Source: Pseudomonas marincola
Lineage (GTDB): Bacteria; Pseudomonadota; Alphaproteobacteria; Sneathiellales; Sneathiellaceae
Assembly: GCA_036960775.1 (NCBI GenBank)
Contig: JBALWO010000001.1
Coordinates: forward strand, 162,334 to 226,333
DNA length: 64,000 nt
Direction: 5' to 3'
The translations under genes and the position numbers were made by a program. Below the pieces are notes generated by a model that did no database searches, had not been told where the DNA came from, and saw only the letters and a program-made list of their open reading frames with translations. Below are positions 45,977 to 55,647 of the stretch, piece after piece. Each line of letters begins with the position of its first letter. Positions within the stretch are counted from its first letter, which is position 1.

Positions 45977-46007
45977 GAATTTAGTTTTTTAACGGAGGGA
46001 GAGTGAA

Positions 46008-46526
46008 ATGTTGGTTGAAATTGGCTTGAAGAGTATCACTCTCTTTCTCCCGCTGCTGGCGATCTTTGTGATGTTGTACGCGGCTTTCACTGATTGGACG
46101 ACACGGCGAATTCCAAACAAATTGTCGTTGTGTTTAGTGGTTCTATTTGGGACTTTTACCCTAATGCCGGGGTGCGTCGAGGATGTTATGCCGCACATGT
46201 TGGTATCATTGGGGATGCTACTGATATTATTGCCGGTTTATGCCATGGGAAAAATGGGTGGCGGAGATGTAAAACTTTTGGTCGCCTCTGGACTTTGGAT
46301 GGGAAATGATCAAATCACTGAATTTATCTTATACGTGAGTTTCGCAGGTGCCGTTTTAACGTTAATTTTGATCTCAGAAAACTTGCGAAATATATGGGAA
46401 TGGGGCGCGGCACAAGTGGGGCTTCAGTCCACGGGTGGGGCCGCATCCAAAGCCACTGGAATTCCCTACGGTGTCGCAATTTCATTCGGTGGAATAGTTC
46501 TCATTTACAAATCCTATGTGCTTTGA
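46008..46526 (+). CDS. cpaA: Prepilin peptidase (CpaA/TadV, A24 family)
   Basis: 'TDWTTRRIPN', 'MGGGDVKL', 'IPYGVAI'. Confidence 0.92.
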   Translation: MLVEIGLKSITLFLPLLAIFVMLYAAFTDWTTRRIPNKLSLCLVVLFGTFTLMPGCVEDVMPHMLVSLGMLLILLPVYAMGKMGGGDVKLLVASGLWMGNDQITEFILYVSFAGAVLTLILISENLRNIWEWGAAQVGLQSTGGAASKATGIPYGVAISFGGIVLIYKSYVL

Positions 46527-46535
46527 GGTAGATAA

Positions 46536-47378
46536 ATGCGCTCCTTTATTATGTTTTTTTGTTGCCTCTGTTTTTTTGGAATGGCCGTCTATCTGGCAGT
46601 ACAGGTTTTCGAAAAAACTGACGTTATTTCGGCTAACGCACATGCCGAACCAGCTCTTAGTGTCCATCTTCCCAGCCTTAAAAAAGCGACTTCAAAAGGC
46701 GAGATTGTGCCTATGACCGATGTCGTTTGGATCCCTTATTCAGGAAACGATGATTTGGCGGGATTGATAAATCAATCCAATATTTTGAAGACAAAAGCGG
46801 ATTACTTCTCCGTAAACCGCTCTGTTGAGGCGGGTGAAATTCTCAAGCGAGACGATTTTCTTTGGCCCACAGATAAACGGTTTTTAGAAAATATACTAAA
46901 GCCGGATTTTCGAGCAGTTGAGGTTAGCTTTATAGAGGGTTTACTTGAAAAGAAGACCCTTACAAGTGGCAATTTTGTCGATTTATTATGGTCTAATAAA
47001 AAAGCGAATGACTCCTTTATTGTCGCCCAAAACATTCGGGTGTTGGCAGTCCATCCGGACGGAGATGGAAATTGTATAGTGCTGCTGGAAGTCAGTACCG
47101 CCCAATCAGAGATCATATCGGTTTCCCGCTCACTTGGGTCTGTATCCCTTCTACTTCGTTCAAAAAACCGGAATGAAAAAGATAAAAATCTGAAGAATGT
47201 GCTCCAAAGACTTCGTCTTATGGGCGCCGAAACCGGGGCATTGCCTCTTCAAAGTGAAGCCAAAATTTTGATTATCCAACGGGGCGAAAAAATCACAGTA
47301 ATGAATAGGACGAGTGGTCATTTACCAAAGACCAAAACATCTCTGTTTGCCGGCGTTACTGAAAGAGGGCTGAATTAA
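46536..47378 (+). CDS. cpaB: Flp pilus assembly protein CpaB/RcpC
   Basis: N-terminal TM segment; 'FRAVEV', 'GNFVDLL', 'NIRVLAV', 'LLEVS', 'SLLLRS'; position in the locus. Confidence 0.8.
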   Translation: MRSFIMFFCCLCFFGMAVYLAVQVFEKTDVISANAHAEPALSVHLPSLKKATSKGEIVPMTDVVWIPYSGNDDLAGLINQSNILKTKADYFSVNRSVEAGEILKRDDFLWPTDKRFLENILKPDFRAVEVSFIEGLLEKKTLTSGNFVDLLWSNKKANDSFIVAQNIRVLAVHPDGDGNCIVLLEVSTAQSEIISVSRSLGSVSLLLRSKNRNEKDKNLKNVLQRLRLMGAETGALPLQSEAKILIIQRGEKITVMNRTSGHLPKTKTSLFAGVTERGLN

Positions 47379-48742
47379 TGTACAGGGTTTTTTTACTGAG
47401 CTTTTTCACATTTCTCTTCGGGTTTTCGTTGGCCACGGCAGATGAGTTGTATCTCAAGCTCAATGAAGGGAAATTATATCGCCTCGGGGCCGTTGTTCGG
47501 GATGTTCTGATTACAAACCCTGACATTGCTGATGTGCAGATGACGCAAAGCAATGGTTTGTTTGTTTATGGAAAGCAATCTGGACGGACTCACATCATTG
47601 CCTTAGCTGATAACGATGTTGTGGTGTTCGAGCGATTTGTAACGGTAAATCGAGATCTCAAAAAATTGAAAACATTGTTCAAAGCTGAATTTCCAGAGTC
47701 AAATGTAAGCGTCCAACTCTCCCCCGGCCGGTTGATGTTAAGTGGAGACGTAGACAGCGCGTTGACCGCTAAAAGTATCTTAAGCCTCGCCAGTGGGTAT
47801 TTGGCCGGCGACGAGAAACTGGTAGATACCCTTAAAATTGCATCTCCGGTGCAGGTCAATCTCCGTGTGCGGGTTATGGAGATGAATAGAGTAGCGACTA
47901 AGAATATTGGCATTAACTGGAACTTGCTCCTCAACCCTGGATCTATGGCCATTAATTTGATCTCTGGCCGGAGCCCCTTAACATTGGCTGGAAGCGCAGT
48001 TCCCGGATCAACGGTTGCAGCAGGCGGTAGCAGTACACAATTTGGCAGCACTGGAACTGACGCTTCATTTTCGGCCATAGTTGACGCTTTGGTCGAAGAC
48101 AAATTGATAACAGTGCTCGCAGAGCCAAATCTGACATCACGGTCCGGGGAGACAGCCAATTTTTTTGCGGGAGGAGAGTTTCCCATTCCCATCGCCTCTG
48201 ATGACAATGGGGTTACAATTGAGTTCAAAAAATATGGTGTTTTGCTCGACATGACACCAACGGTTATTTCTCCAAATAGAATACGGCTCCATATTCGGCC
48301 TGAAGTCAGCGAGCTATCCTCTGCTGGAGCCGTGGTTTTGAACGGTATTACAATTCCTGGTATTGCCATTCGCCGCACAGAAGCGACGATTGAACTCGCA
48401 AGCGGGCAAAGTTTTTCTGTGGCGGGCCTTCTTCAAAACCAGAAACGAGATTTGGTGAGAGAAGTGCCTTGGCTCGGGCAATTGGAAGTGTTGGGTCCAC
48501 TTTTTCGCTCGAAAGAATATCAAAGCTCTGAAACAGAATTGGTGATTATTGCGACTGTAAATATCGTGAAACCTCTCTCTCATGCCGACTACGTATCTCC
48601 ATTGGTTGTTGATTACCGCAATGAACAAAACATGCGAGGTCCAGAAGCGCTTCCCCAAAATCGAAATACCGCACCTGAAACCCAGGAAATTCGGACCAAA
48701 GATGGCATCAAACTGTATGGCCCGAGGGGGTATATCTATTGA
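47378..48742 (+). CDS. cpaC: Tad secretin CpaC/RcpA
   Basis: 'NPDIADV', 'QVNLRVRVMEMNR', 'LAEPNLT', 'FFAGGEFPIP', 'LASGQSFSVAGL', 'ETELVI'. Confidence 0.94.
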   Translation: MYRVFLLSFFTFLFGFSLATADELYLKLNEGKLYRLGAVVRDVLITNPDIADVQMTQSNGLFVYGKQSGRTHIIALADNDVVVFERFVTVNRDLKKLKTLFKAEFPESNVSVQLSPGRLMLSGDVDSALTAKSILSLASGYLAGDEKLVDTLKIASPVQVNLRVRVMEMNRVATKNIGINWNLLLNPGSMAINLISGRSPLTLAGSAVPGSTVAAGGSSTQFGSTGTDASFSAIVDALVEDKLITVLAEPNLTSRSGETANFFAGGEFPIPIASDDNGVTIEFKKYGVLLDMTPTVISPNRIRLHIRPEVSELSSAGAVVLNGITIPGIAIRRTEATIELASGQSFSVAGLLQNQKRDLVREVPWLGQLEVLGPLFRSKEYQSSETELVIIATVNIVKPLSHADYVSPLVVDYRNEQNMRGPEALPQNRNTAPETQEIRTKDGIKLYGPRGYIY

Positions 48743-49362
48743 TTATCTTTATGAAAGTGATCACGGAGAAAATTCCAAATAGAAAAATGGGTCTCGTTTT
48801 TCTGTTGTTGTTTAGTGGATGCCTTGCAGATGACCGTAGTTTTCGAAATCTAGCGCCTGCAAGTGAATCTGTTCAGGTCCAGTTTTCTCACTCGGATTTT
48901 GTGTTTTATCAAGGCGTGCCGGGCGCAATGTTTATGGATAAAAACGGTGTAGAAATCTCAAGAGCAGTGGCCGCACAGAATACGGAACGAGTAGACGAAC
49001 TCCAATTGACCGTTTCATCAAGAAAATTGCTCAAGGTCGCTCAAAAACTGAAAGAGAGTTGGCTTGCGCGGGGCGGCAAAAAAATATCAGTTCAGGTGGC
49101 AACGAATACGGGCCATTTGTCTATCCAGTACGTTGAAATGAAAACGGTCGAGATTGGTCTGAAATTGCCGCGTTGTCATGATGCTAGGGGAAAATACAAA
49201 CTGGGATGTGCCGTGAATTCAAATCGGGCATTGAGTTTGGTGACCTATAACGAGTTACAAAAGGGATCTGAGCTCGGCCGTGGACGATCAGCGCTGGAAA
49301 GCAGGAGTATCAATGCGCTGACGCAGAGTAAATCCGTTAAGTTTCAGGGGGCCGTGAAATGA
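48739..49362 (+). CDS. cpaD: CpaD-like pilus lipoprotein
   Basis: Lipobox 'LFSGC'; C-terminal 'LGCAVNSN'; lies between the secretin and CpaE. The real start may be a downstream ATG. Confidence 0.65.
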   Translation: MIIFMKVITEKIPNRKMGLVFLLLFSGCLADDRSFRNLAPASESVQVQFSHSDFVFYQGVPGAMFMDKNGVEISRAVAAQNTERVDELQLTVSSRKLLKVAQKLKESWLARGGKKISVQVATNTGHLSIQYVEMKTVEIGLKLPRCHDARGKYKLGCAVNSNRALSLVTYNELQKGSELGRGRSALESRSINALTQSKSVKFQGAVK

Positions 49363-50606
49363 CTGTTGATCAGTCACTGCAGATATCAGTTCCCGTAGAT
49401 AATGGTGTTTCTATGAGAACGGCTGCTGCTTTTGTACTGGATGCGCAAAGCCTCCAACTGATGCGTCATTGTTTGCCGCGGTTGGGTTTTGAGGCGGAAG
49501 ACATCAAACGAGGTGACGTTCGAGATGCAATTCGGACTTATTCAAAGGCGCAATCTCCAGAACTTCTAATTGTTGATATATCTCACTTCGATATGCCGCT
49601 CTCTGAGCTTGAAACACTGGCAAACGTCTGCGCCCCCGATGTGAAAGTTGTTGTGGTTGGAGATCAAGATAACGTCGGCCTATACCGAAACTTAATGCGT
49701 TATGGCGTGTCAGAATATCTGGTGAAACCGCTTCCCTCCGATGTTCTATTTCAATCCCTCCGGCAAGTATGCGGAGGAGAAAATATCAATTTCAAAGCTA
49801 ATAAAACAGGAAAAACAATTGGCGTTATGGGGGCCAAAGGCGGTGTTGGAGGCAGCACAATACTTGCCGGGCTATCTGACGTCCTGTCGAGGCAATATCA
49901 TCGCCGGGTAATGATGCTTGATATGAATTTTCATGATGGGGATTTGGCCTTATTTTTTGGCAAGAGAAGTCAGCAGGGTTTGCTGGAATTGCTGAAGTCA
50001 TCTCATCGAATTGACGACTTGTTTATTGAACGTGTCGCCGTATCTCTGGGTCCAAGGTTTGATCTGTTGTTTGGGGATCAAGCGATCGAGCAGAGTGTTG
50101 AGATATCTAGTGAAGCGTTGGAAAAATTATTTGAAAGACTTCGGAAAAATTATCACTTCATTATCTCAGATATAATGAAGATGCCAATTCCGTCAGCTCT
50201 GCGTTTGTTAGAAGACTCAGATGTTAGAGTGGTGGTCATGGATAGAGGGCTTGGATCCATTCGAACAGCTGCGAAAATGCTGAAAAGACTTCAGGTTGAG
50301 CAAGGGCAAAAACAAAATATTGTTATTCTGAATAACCCAAGGCCCAGTTTGAAACGAGATATCTCTCCCCAGGATATAGAGGATGTTATTCAATATCCCA
50401 TTGATTTCGAAATATCATATGACGGGCGGAGCTGCGCTGACGCAGCACTCGCAGCAAAACCAGTAAGCCAAGTTAAAGGCAAAATCGGCTCTCAAATCAC
50501 AGAAATTGCAAACTCATTGGTGGGCCCCGTTTTAGCTGAGTCACAGCAGAATTTTATAAAAAAAATAGTTTGGGAGGGGCAAAATGTTTGGAAGAAAATC
50601 AGATGA
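49359..50606 (+). CDS. cpaE: CpaE/TadZ (receiver-like domain plus ParA/MinD-like ATPase)
   Basis: 'GVSEYLVKPL', deviant Walker A 'GAKGGVGGST'. Confidence 0.9.
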   Translation: MTVDQSLQISVPVDNGVSMRTAAAFVLDAQSLQLMRHCLPRLGFEAEDIKRGDVRDAIRTYSKAQSPELLIVDISHFDMPLSELETLANVCAPDVKVVVVGDQDNVGLYRNLMRYGVSEYLVKPLPSDVLFQSLRQVCGGENINFKANKTGKTIGVMGAKGGVGGSTILAGLSDVLSRQYHRRVMMLDMNFHDGDLALFFGKRSQQGLLELLKSSHRIDDLFIERVAVSLGPRFDLLFGDQAIEQSVEISSEALEKLFERLRKNYHFIISDIMKMPIPSALRLLEDSDVRVVVMDRGLGSIRTAAKMLKRLQVEQGQKQNIVILNNPRPSLKRDISPQDIEDVIQYPIDFEISYDGRSCADAALAAKPVSQVKGKIGSQITEIANSLVGPVLAESQQNFIKKIVWEGQNVWKKIR

Positions 50607-51954
50607 TACACCAACAATGGTGTCTGAAGAGGGAGAGGAATGGAAGGGGCAAGAGCCACAACAATCTTCAAACCAAACTGGCTCAAAGAATGCTGCTGTA
50701 TCTGAGGAATTGGTCGAGCGGATCAGGCATCATTTTTTCGATCTCGTAAATCCTTCAATTGCAGCAAGCCTATCTAAGGACGATCTTATTGGCAAAATTA
50801 ATAAGGCTGTAATGGAGATTGTCGATCGAGAAAAAATTCCTCTGAATTGGCGGGAACAAAGCCAAATTTCTTTGGATATTCTCAATGACATGACGGGCGT
50901 TGGCCCCATTGAAATTTTACTAAAAGACGACAGCATTACTGATATTTTGGTGAACGGTCCCGACAGTATTTTCGTGGAAAGGTCGGGTCAGCTGGAGCTA
51001 ACTAATTTAAAGTTTAGAGACGATCAGCATCTATTGGGAGTTGCCCGTAGAATTGCTGTCTCAGTTGGTCGCCGTATCGATGAAAGCAGCCCCATGGTTG
51101 ATGCGAGGTTGCCTGACGGGAGCCGGGTCAACATTATTATTCCACCGCTTTCGGTGAACGGAACAATAATTTCAGTCCGAAAATTTCCTCTCAATTCAAC
51201 TTCCTTAGATGATCTTGTCGAAAAAGAAGCCTTTACCCAGCAAATGGCTGATTTTTTGAAAATTGTGGCTGCCTCCCGATTAAATCTACTTATTTCTGGA
51301 GGGACAGGATCTGGAAAAACCACGCTGTTGAATGCGCTATCTGCGCATATTGGAGAAAAGGAACGTGTCGTAACAATAGAAGATGCTGCGGAGATTAACC
51401 TGCAACAGCAGCACGTGATTAGCCTTGAAACGCGCCAAAAAAGCGTTGAGGGAAGCGGAGAGGTTTCCCAGCGTGATTTACTTCGAAACGCCTTAAGAAT
51501 GCGTCCCGACAGAATTATTATTGGTGAAGTGCGGGGGCCAGAGGCGCATGAAATGTTGCAAGCAATGAATACGGGACATGATGGTTCCATGTCTACCATT
51601 CATGCGAATTCCGCTCGGGATGCCTTGAGCAGACTGGAGGATTTGATGTTGTCTAATCAGCTAAATTCCAATCCTGTAATTATTCGCAAACAGATATCGT
51701 CTGCAATAGACTTGGTTGTACATGTTGTTCGTGATTTTAGAGGGCACCGTTATGTGAGGTCCATTTCTGAAGTTATGGGAATAGAGGGAGAGGTCATTGT
51801 TAGTCAGGATATTTTCAAATTTGTTGACGAAAACAGGAGTGATCCCACGGTTTTTTCTGGCAACTTCATACAAAATTCAGTGCGTTTGAAATGTATGGAT
51901 AAAGTCAGGCGGTATGGACGTGAGGTCGATCTGAAACGAGTGATGAAATGGTGA
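50584..51954 (+). CDS. tadA: Tad secretion ATPase CpaF/TadA
   Basis: 'GGTGSGKTT', 'IEDAAE', 'LRMRPDRIIIGEVRG', 'MNTGHDGSMSTIHAN'. Confidence 0.96.
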   Translation: MFGRKSDDTPTMVSEEGEEWKGQEPQQSSNQTGSKNAAVSEELVERIRHHFFDLVNPSIAASLSKDDLIGKINKAVMEIVDREKIPLNWREQSQISLDILNDMTGVGPIEILLKDDSITDILVNGPDSIFVERSGQLELTNLKFRDDQHLLGVARRIAVSVGRRIDESSPMVDARLPDGSRVNIIIPPLSVNGTIISVRKFPLNSTSLDDLVEKEAFTQQMADFLKIVAASRLNLLISGGTGSGKTTLLNALSAHIGEKERVVTIEDAAEINLQQQHVISLETRQKSVEGSGEVSQRDLLRNALRMRPDRIIIGEVRGPEAHEMLQAMNTGHDGSMSTIHANSARDALSRLEDLMLSNQLNSNPVIIRKQISSAIDLVVHVVRDFRGHRYVRSISEVMGIEGEVIVSQDIFKFVDENRSDPTVFSGNFIQNSVRLKCMDKVRRYGREVDLKRVMKW

Positions 51955-52880
51955 CTATTTCTGGCGTATCTCATGTGGCTTTGTTGCAGATGTTGTTTGG
52001 GATTACAGCATTTCTTGGTGGCGGCTGCATTTTGAGTATCAACCTATGGAGAGGGTATCAATTCCGCACAAAAATAACCTTACGATTACGTGAATTAACT
52101 CCTGCAAATTCACTTATGGAAAAACGGGAACGCGACCTAATTGATGCACCGGTAAAAGCCATATCGATTTTGAAACAGCCTATGACTTATGAAATTCTAG
52201 GCGGTGTAATTGGTGTTTTGAGCATCATATGGATCGTTGCGTCGAAGGGATCTCTGCTATCGCTAACCGTCTTCGGGGGCGAGGTCAGTGTTATCGCTTT
52301 CGTTTATTTCGCACGTCAGTATCTACGTTCACTAAAGCTGGAAAAATTGTCTACCCAATTTCCCGAAACCCTTGACATGATAGCGAGAAATGCGCGGGTC
52401 GGAGTTACTTTGGAAGAAAGCTTTCAGCATATTCAAAGTGAATTACCAAAGCCCATATCCTCACTGTTTGGTGAAATATCAAGCAATTTAAGCATAGGTA
52501 TTCCGCTTGTAGAAAGCCTTGAAAAAATTGCGGTGAAATTGGATTTAAGAGAAATCCGGTATCTTTCGGCGATTTTGTCAGTGCAGCGGAAAAGCGGCGG
52601 GAAATACGCAGAAATTATCGGAAAACTTAGTCAAAATATTAGAGATCAACATGAACAAAAGAAACGAATAAATGCGGTTACTGCGGAAGCCAGAACAGCT
52701 GCAAAGGTTGTGACGATCATTGCGGGCGTTGCGGCTCTTTCAATGGTTTTCATCAACCCCGGTCAGTTTGAATTTTTGTTGACCGATCAAAGTGGGCAAA
52801 TGCTGCTGATGTATTGTACCGGAAGCATTCTGGTCGGGTTTTTAATAATATTCCGCATGTTGAGTTCGTTAAATGATTAA
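51948..52880 (+). CDS. tadB: Tad inner-membrane platform protein TadB
   Basis: 'QFPETLDMIAR', 'QRKSGG', 'TAEAR'. Confidence 0.9.
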   Translation: MVTISGVSHVALLQMLFGITAFLGGGCILSINLWRGYQFRTKITLRLRELTPANSLMEKRERDLIDAPVKAISILKQPMTYEILGGVIGVLSIIWIVASKGSLLSLTVFGGEVSVIAFVYFARQYLRSLKLEKLSTQFPETLDMIARNARVGVTLEESFQHIQSELPKPISSLFGEISSNLSIGIPLVESLEKIAVKLDLREIRYLSAILSVQRKSGGKYAEIIGKLSQNIRDQHEQKKRINAVTAEARTAAKVVTIIAGVAALSMVFINPGQFEFLLTDQSGQMLLMYCTGSILVGFLIIFRMLSSLND

Positions 52881-53793
52881 TTTTCTTATTCTGATGGGCA
52901 GCGGAACCCTATTTGTGGTTTCAGTTTTATTGTTTTTTGGCGCAATTCAGCGACGGCGACGGGAGCAATGGGGGGATAGATTAATCACAGTTCTTGAGTA
53001 CAGACCTGTACCAAATCGGCTGTTTCTACCGACAGCCAAAAATGCAGATCTTCTCAATAGCTTACCGGAGAATGAAAGCAAACATGATGCTTTACAGCGG
53101 CGGGATAAGGATATCATTTTTTCTCATTTTGGAATGAATTCTGGGAAAACATCGATCTATTTTATAGGGGCGAGGGTAGTCATTGCAGTCATTTTTTGTT
53201 TCTCCTACAAGATTAGCAATGGATTGGGTTTTGCTCCGGTGGCTAACGATTTTTCTTGGTATGGATATCTAATTTTGGTGGGTGTAGTTGGGTTTATGGT
53301 GCCGGAATATATTGTGTCAAAACTGTCAAAACGTCGGAAGGAAAAAATCGAGAAATTGGCGCCTGATGCCATAGATCTTTTAACGCTAACTGTTGAATCT
53401 GGAATTTCGTTCGATGAGGCATTACAGGTCGTCTCGCAAAGTATGCAGGGATACGCTTCGGTGCTGGTTGACGAATTGGAAATTTTGGCGGCTGAACTTG
53501 TTGTGTTGCCGCACCGTGAGGCGGCGTTTGCCAATTTGGTAGATAGGACGGGATCAGCGACATTTGGATATTTGAAGTTGGCTATATTGCAGGGTGAAAA
53601 ATTTGGCGCCCCTGTCGCCGGATCACTTCGTATTGTAGCTGAGGAAAGTCGCCAACAAAATTTTCTGGATAAAGAAGAAAAAGGAGCCAAATTACCCGTT
53701 TATTTGAGCATTCCGTTGATGTTGTTCATATTGCCGCCTGTTGTCGTGGTGTCAGTTGGGCCAGGCTTTATTCAGGTAATGAGATCGTTTTGA
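52873..53793 (+). CDS. tadC: Tad inner-membrane platform protein TadC
   Basis: 'PDAIDLL', 'VESG', 'QGEKFG', 'EEKGAKLPVYLSIPL'. Confidence 0.92.
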   Translation: MINFLILMGSGTLFVVSVLLFFGAIQRRRREQWGDRLITVLEYRPVPNRLFLPTAKNADLLNSLPENESKHDALQRRDKDIIFSHFGMNSGKTSIYFIGARVVIAVIFCFSYKISNGLGFAPVANDFSWYGYLILVGVVGFMVPEYIVSKLSKRRKEKIEKLAPDAIDLLTLTVESGISFDEALQVVSQSMQGYASVLVDELEILAAELVVLPHREAAFANLVDRTGSATFGYLKLAILQGEKFGAPVAGSLRIVAEESRQQNFLDKEEKGAKLPVYLSIPLMLFILPPVVVVSVGPGFIQVMRSF

Positions 53794-54602
53794 AAGGCGC
53801 TGCAATGATTAAAAAAATTATCTTATCCTTAGCCACGGCATTAAGCCTTTCAGGGTGTATTTCTTTAAATGATCTCTCATCAAATATTGAAACCGGACTA
53901 ATTGACCCCAAAGGAATGAAGGTTGCAGCCGCGCTTTTAAAAAATGGTGACGCGGGAACAGCCGCCGGAATTTATGAGAAACTGCTCAATGATCAGCCCA
54001 CGAATGTGGATCTGTTATATGGCCATGCAACAGCGATTTATGAAGAGGGCAAATATAGGGATGCACTGATCGCGTATGAGAAATTAAATGCTGAAACAGG
54101 CGGTAACTGCGATGCGTTTGTTGGGATGGGAAATAGTCATCTAAAACTTGGAAGACCAACGGTTGCAGGCAGTTTTTTTGCACAGTGTTTATTGGGTGAT
54201 AATGATCATGAGGCCGCATTGTTAGGTAGGGCAATCTCTTTTGATGCGATTGGTCAATCTAGTCAAGCCCTTGCTTTCTACCAAAAAGCAATTTCACAAA
54301 ATCCTCAGGATCTAGGTCTCCGAAATAATTATGGATTATCGCTATTGATGGCTGGGCGCTCACAGGCTGCAATAAATGAATTTGGGAAAATTGCTTTTTC
54401 CGAATTTTCAACAGTCCAAATGCGTCAAAATCTGGCGTTGGCTTATGCCATGGCGGGAGATACGGGGGCCGCTGAGAAAGTTGCCGGGTTGGATCTCTCT
54501 ACTCAAAGGGTGGCGAATAATATGAAAATTTATGAGTATGTGCGAAATTTACCGGGAAATGAGGCTTTGAAATCGCTCATATTCCACGGAATAGTCCAAT
54601 GA
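53790..54602 (+). CDS. tadD: TPR lipoprotein TadD
   Basis: Lipobox 'LSGC', TPR-like helices, 'RNNYGLS', 'RQNLALAYAMAGD'. Confidence 0.85.
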   Translation: MKGAAMIKKIILSLATALSLSGCISLNDLSSNIETGLIDPKGMKVAAALLKNGDAGTAAGIYEKLLNDQPTNVDLLYGHATAIYEEGKYRDALIAYEKLNAETGGNCDAFVGMGNSHLKLGRPTVAGSFFAQCLLGDNDHEAALLGRAISFDAIGQSSQALAFYQKAISQNPQDLGLRNNYGLSLLMAGRSQAAINEFGKIAFSEFSTVQMRQNLALAYAMAGDTGAAEKVAGLDLSTQRVANNMKIYEYVRNLPGNEALKSLIFHGIVQ

Positions 54603-55087
54603 AATTGTGCCGTTTCATCCCATTCATATTCCTTTTGTTGCGACGGGACCGGGGGAGTGTCGCCGTGGAATTTGGACTGATATTTCCAGTCATTTTGGCG
54701 CTCGCTTTCACGGGTGTAGAGGCTGGGAAAATGCGGGTAGTCGATAACATAATGCAATCAGCGGCAAACGCTCTTGTAATACAGCTTCGTCATAAAAGCG
54801 CAGAAGAGCGCACTGAGATCTCAGCCGACACGGTTGCAATCCTTTTAACGGAAATTCTCTCATCCAGAGGCAACGGATGGGTGGGTACTGAAAATGTTAC
54901 CGTTCAGCTTTTAAATTTGGGTCAAACTCATGCAGACGCGCCCAGTGGTGGGGGCGGGGATCAAATGAGATATCTTTTCTCGTATGAATTTCAACCAACT
55001 ACACCAATATCAATTTTGTTTTTAAACGCATCCTTTCTCTCTCGTTCAATTGAAATAACGTCCCGAAATGGGGCAGAAGAGATTTGA
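54599..55087 (+). CDS. tadE: TadE-like pseudopilin
   Basis: 'RG|SVAVEFGLIFP' processing motif. Confidence 0.85.
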   Translation: MKLCRFIPFIFLLLRRDRGSVAVEFGLIFPVILALAFTGVEAGKMRVVDNIMQSAANALVIQLRHKSAEERTEISADTVAILLTEILSSRGNGWVGTENVTVQLLNLGQTHADAPSGGGGDQMRYLFSYEFQPTTPISILFLNASFLSRSIEITSRNGAEEI

Positions 55088-55647
55088 TGATCCTAAAACC
55101 ATCCTCGCCTTTTTATGTGTGCGCGCAGGGTAGCTTAATGATTGAAGTTGCGGTTGCTCTTCCAGTACTTGTTCTGCTGTTGTTTGGAAGTTTTGATCTT
55201 GTCCGTTATGTACAGGCAGTTGGTAAGGTTGATATGGCTGTCAGTTCCATCGCGGCTGAATTACGAGACACAGATGAAATTGCCGATACAAATATCCCCG
55301 AAATTATCGCAGCGGCTGAGAGTACTTTATCATTTGGTGGGCTTGCGCCAACCGTTTCGATCGTGATTGAGGAGATAACTCTTGGGTCTGACGGTAACAG
55401 CATTACGTCTACGCTGATTAGTGATCCATCCTCTCCGGACGCCTGTACCCACCCGTCAGGTTTGGCGGCCTTGCCAGCGGCAACGGAGCAAGAGTTTGCA
55501 CCTAATCAGCATTTAATTGCTGTCAAATTGTGTGCTGAATACGGGACGAATTTCTTTCTCTCATCTCTGATACCAACATCCGCACGGCAGATGTCCGCGT
55601 CCGCTATTGGCCACGCCAACTCTATTTTTCAAGGCATGACAGAATGA
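55084..55647 (+). CDS. TadE/TadF-like pseudopilin
   Basis: 'QG|SLMIEVAVALP' processing motif. Confidence 0.82.
   Translation: MMILKPSSPFYVCAQGSLMIEVAVALPVLVLLLFGSFDLVRYVQAVGKVDMAVSSIAAELRDTDEIADTNIPEIIAAAESTLSFGGLAPTVSIVIEEITLGSDGNSITSTLISDPSSPDACTHPSGLAALPAATEQEFAPNQHLIAVKLCAEYGTNFFLSSLIPTSARQMSASAIGHANSIFQGMTE

Noticed and set aside
47590-48378. 262-aa antisense ORF inside the secretin gene, and other antisense or alternative-frame ORFs (e.g. 12941-13519, 51024-51599, 2584-3105, 62904-63431)
   Set aside because: They lie over well-supported genes, show no recognisable motifs, and look like shadow frames.
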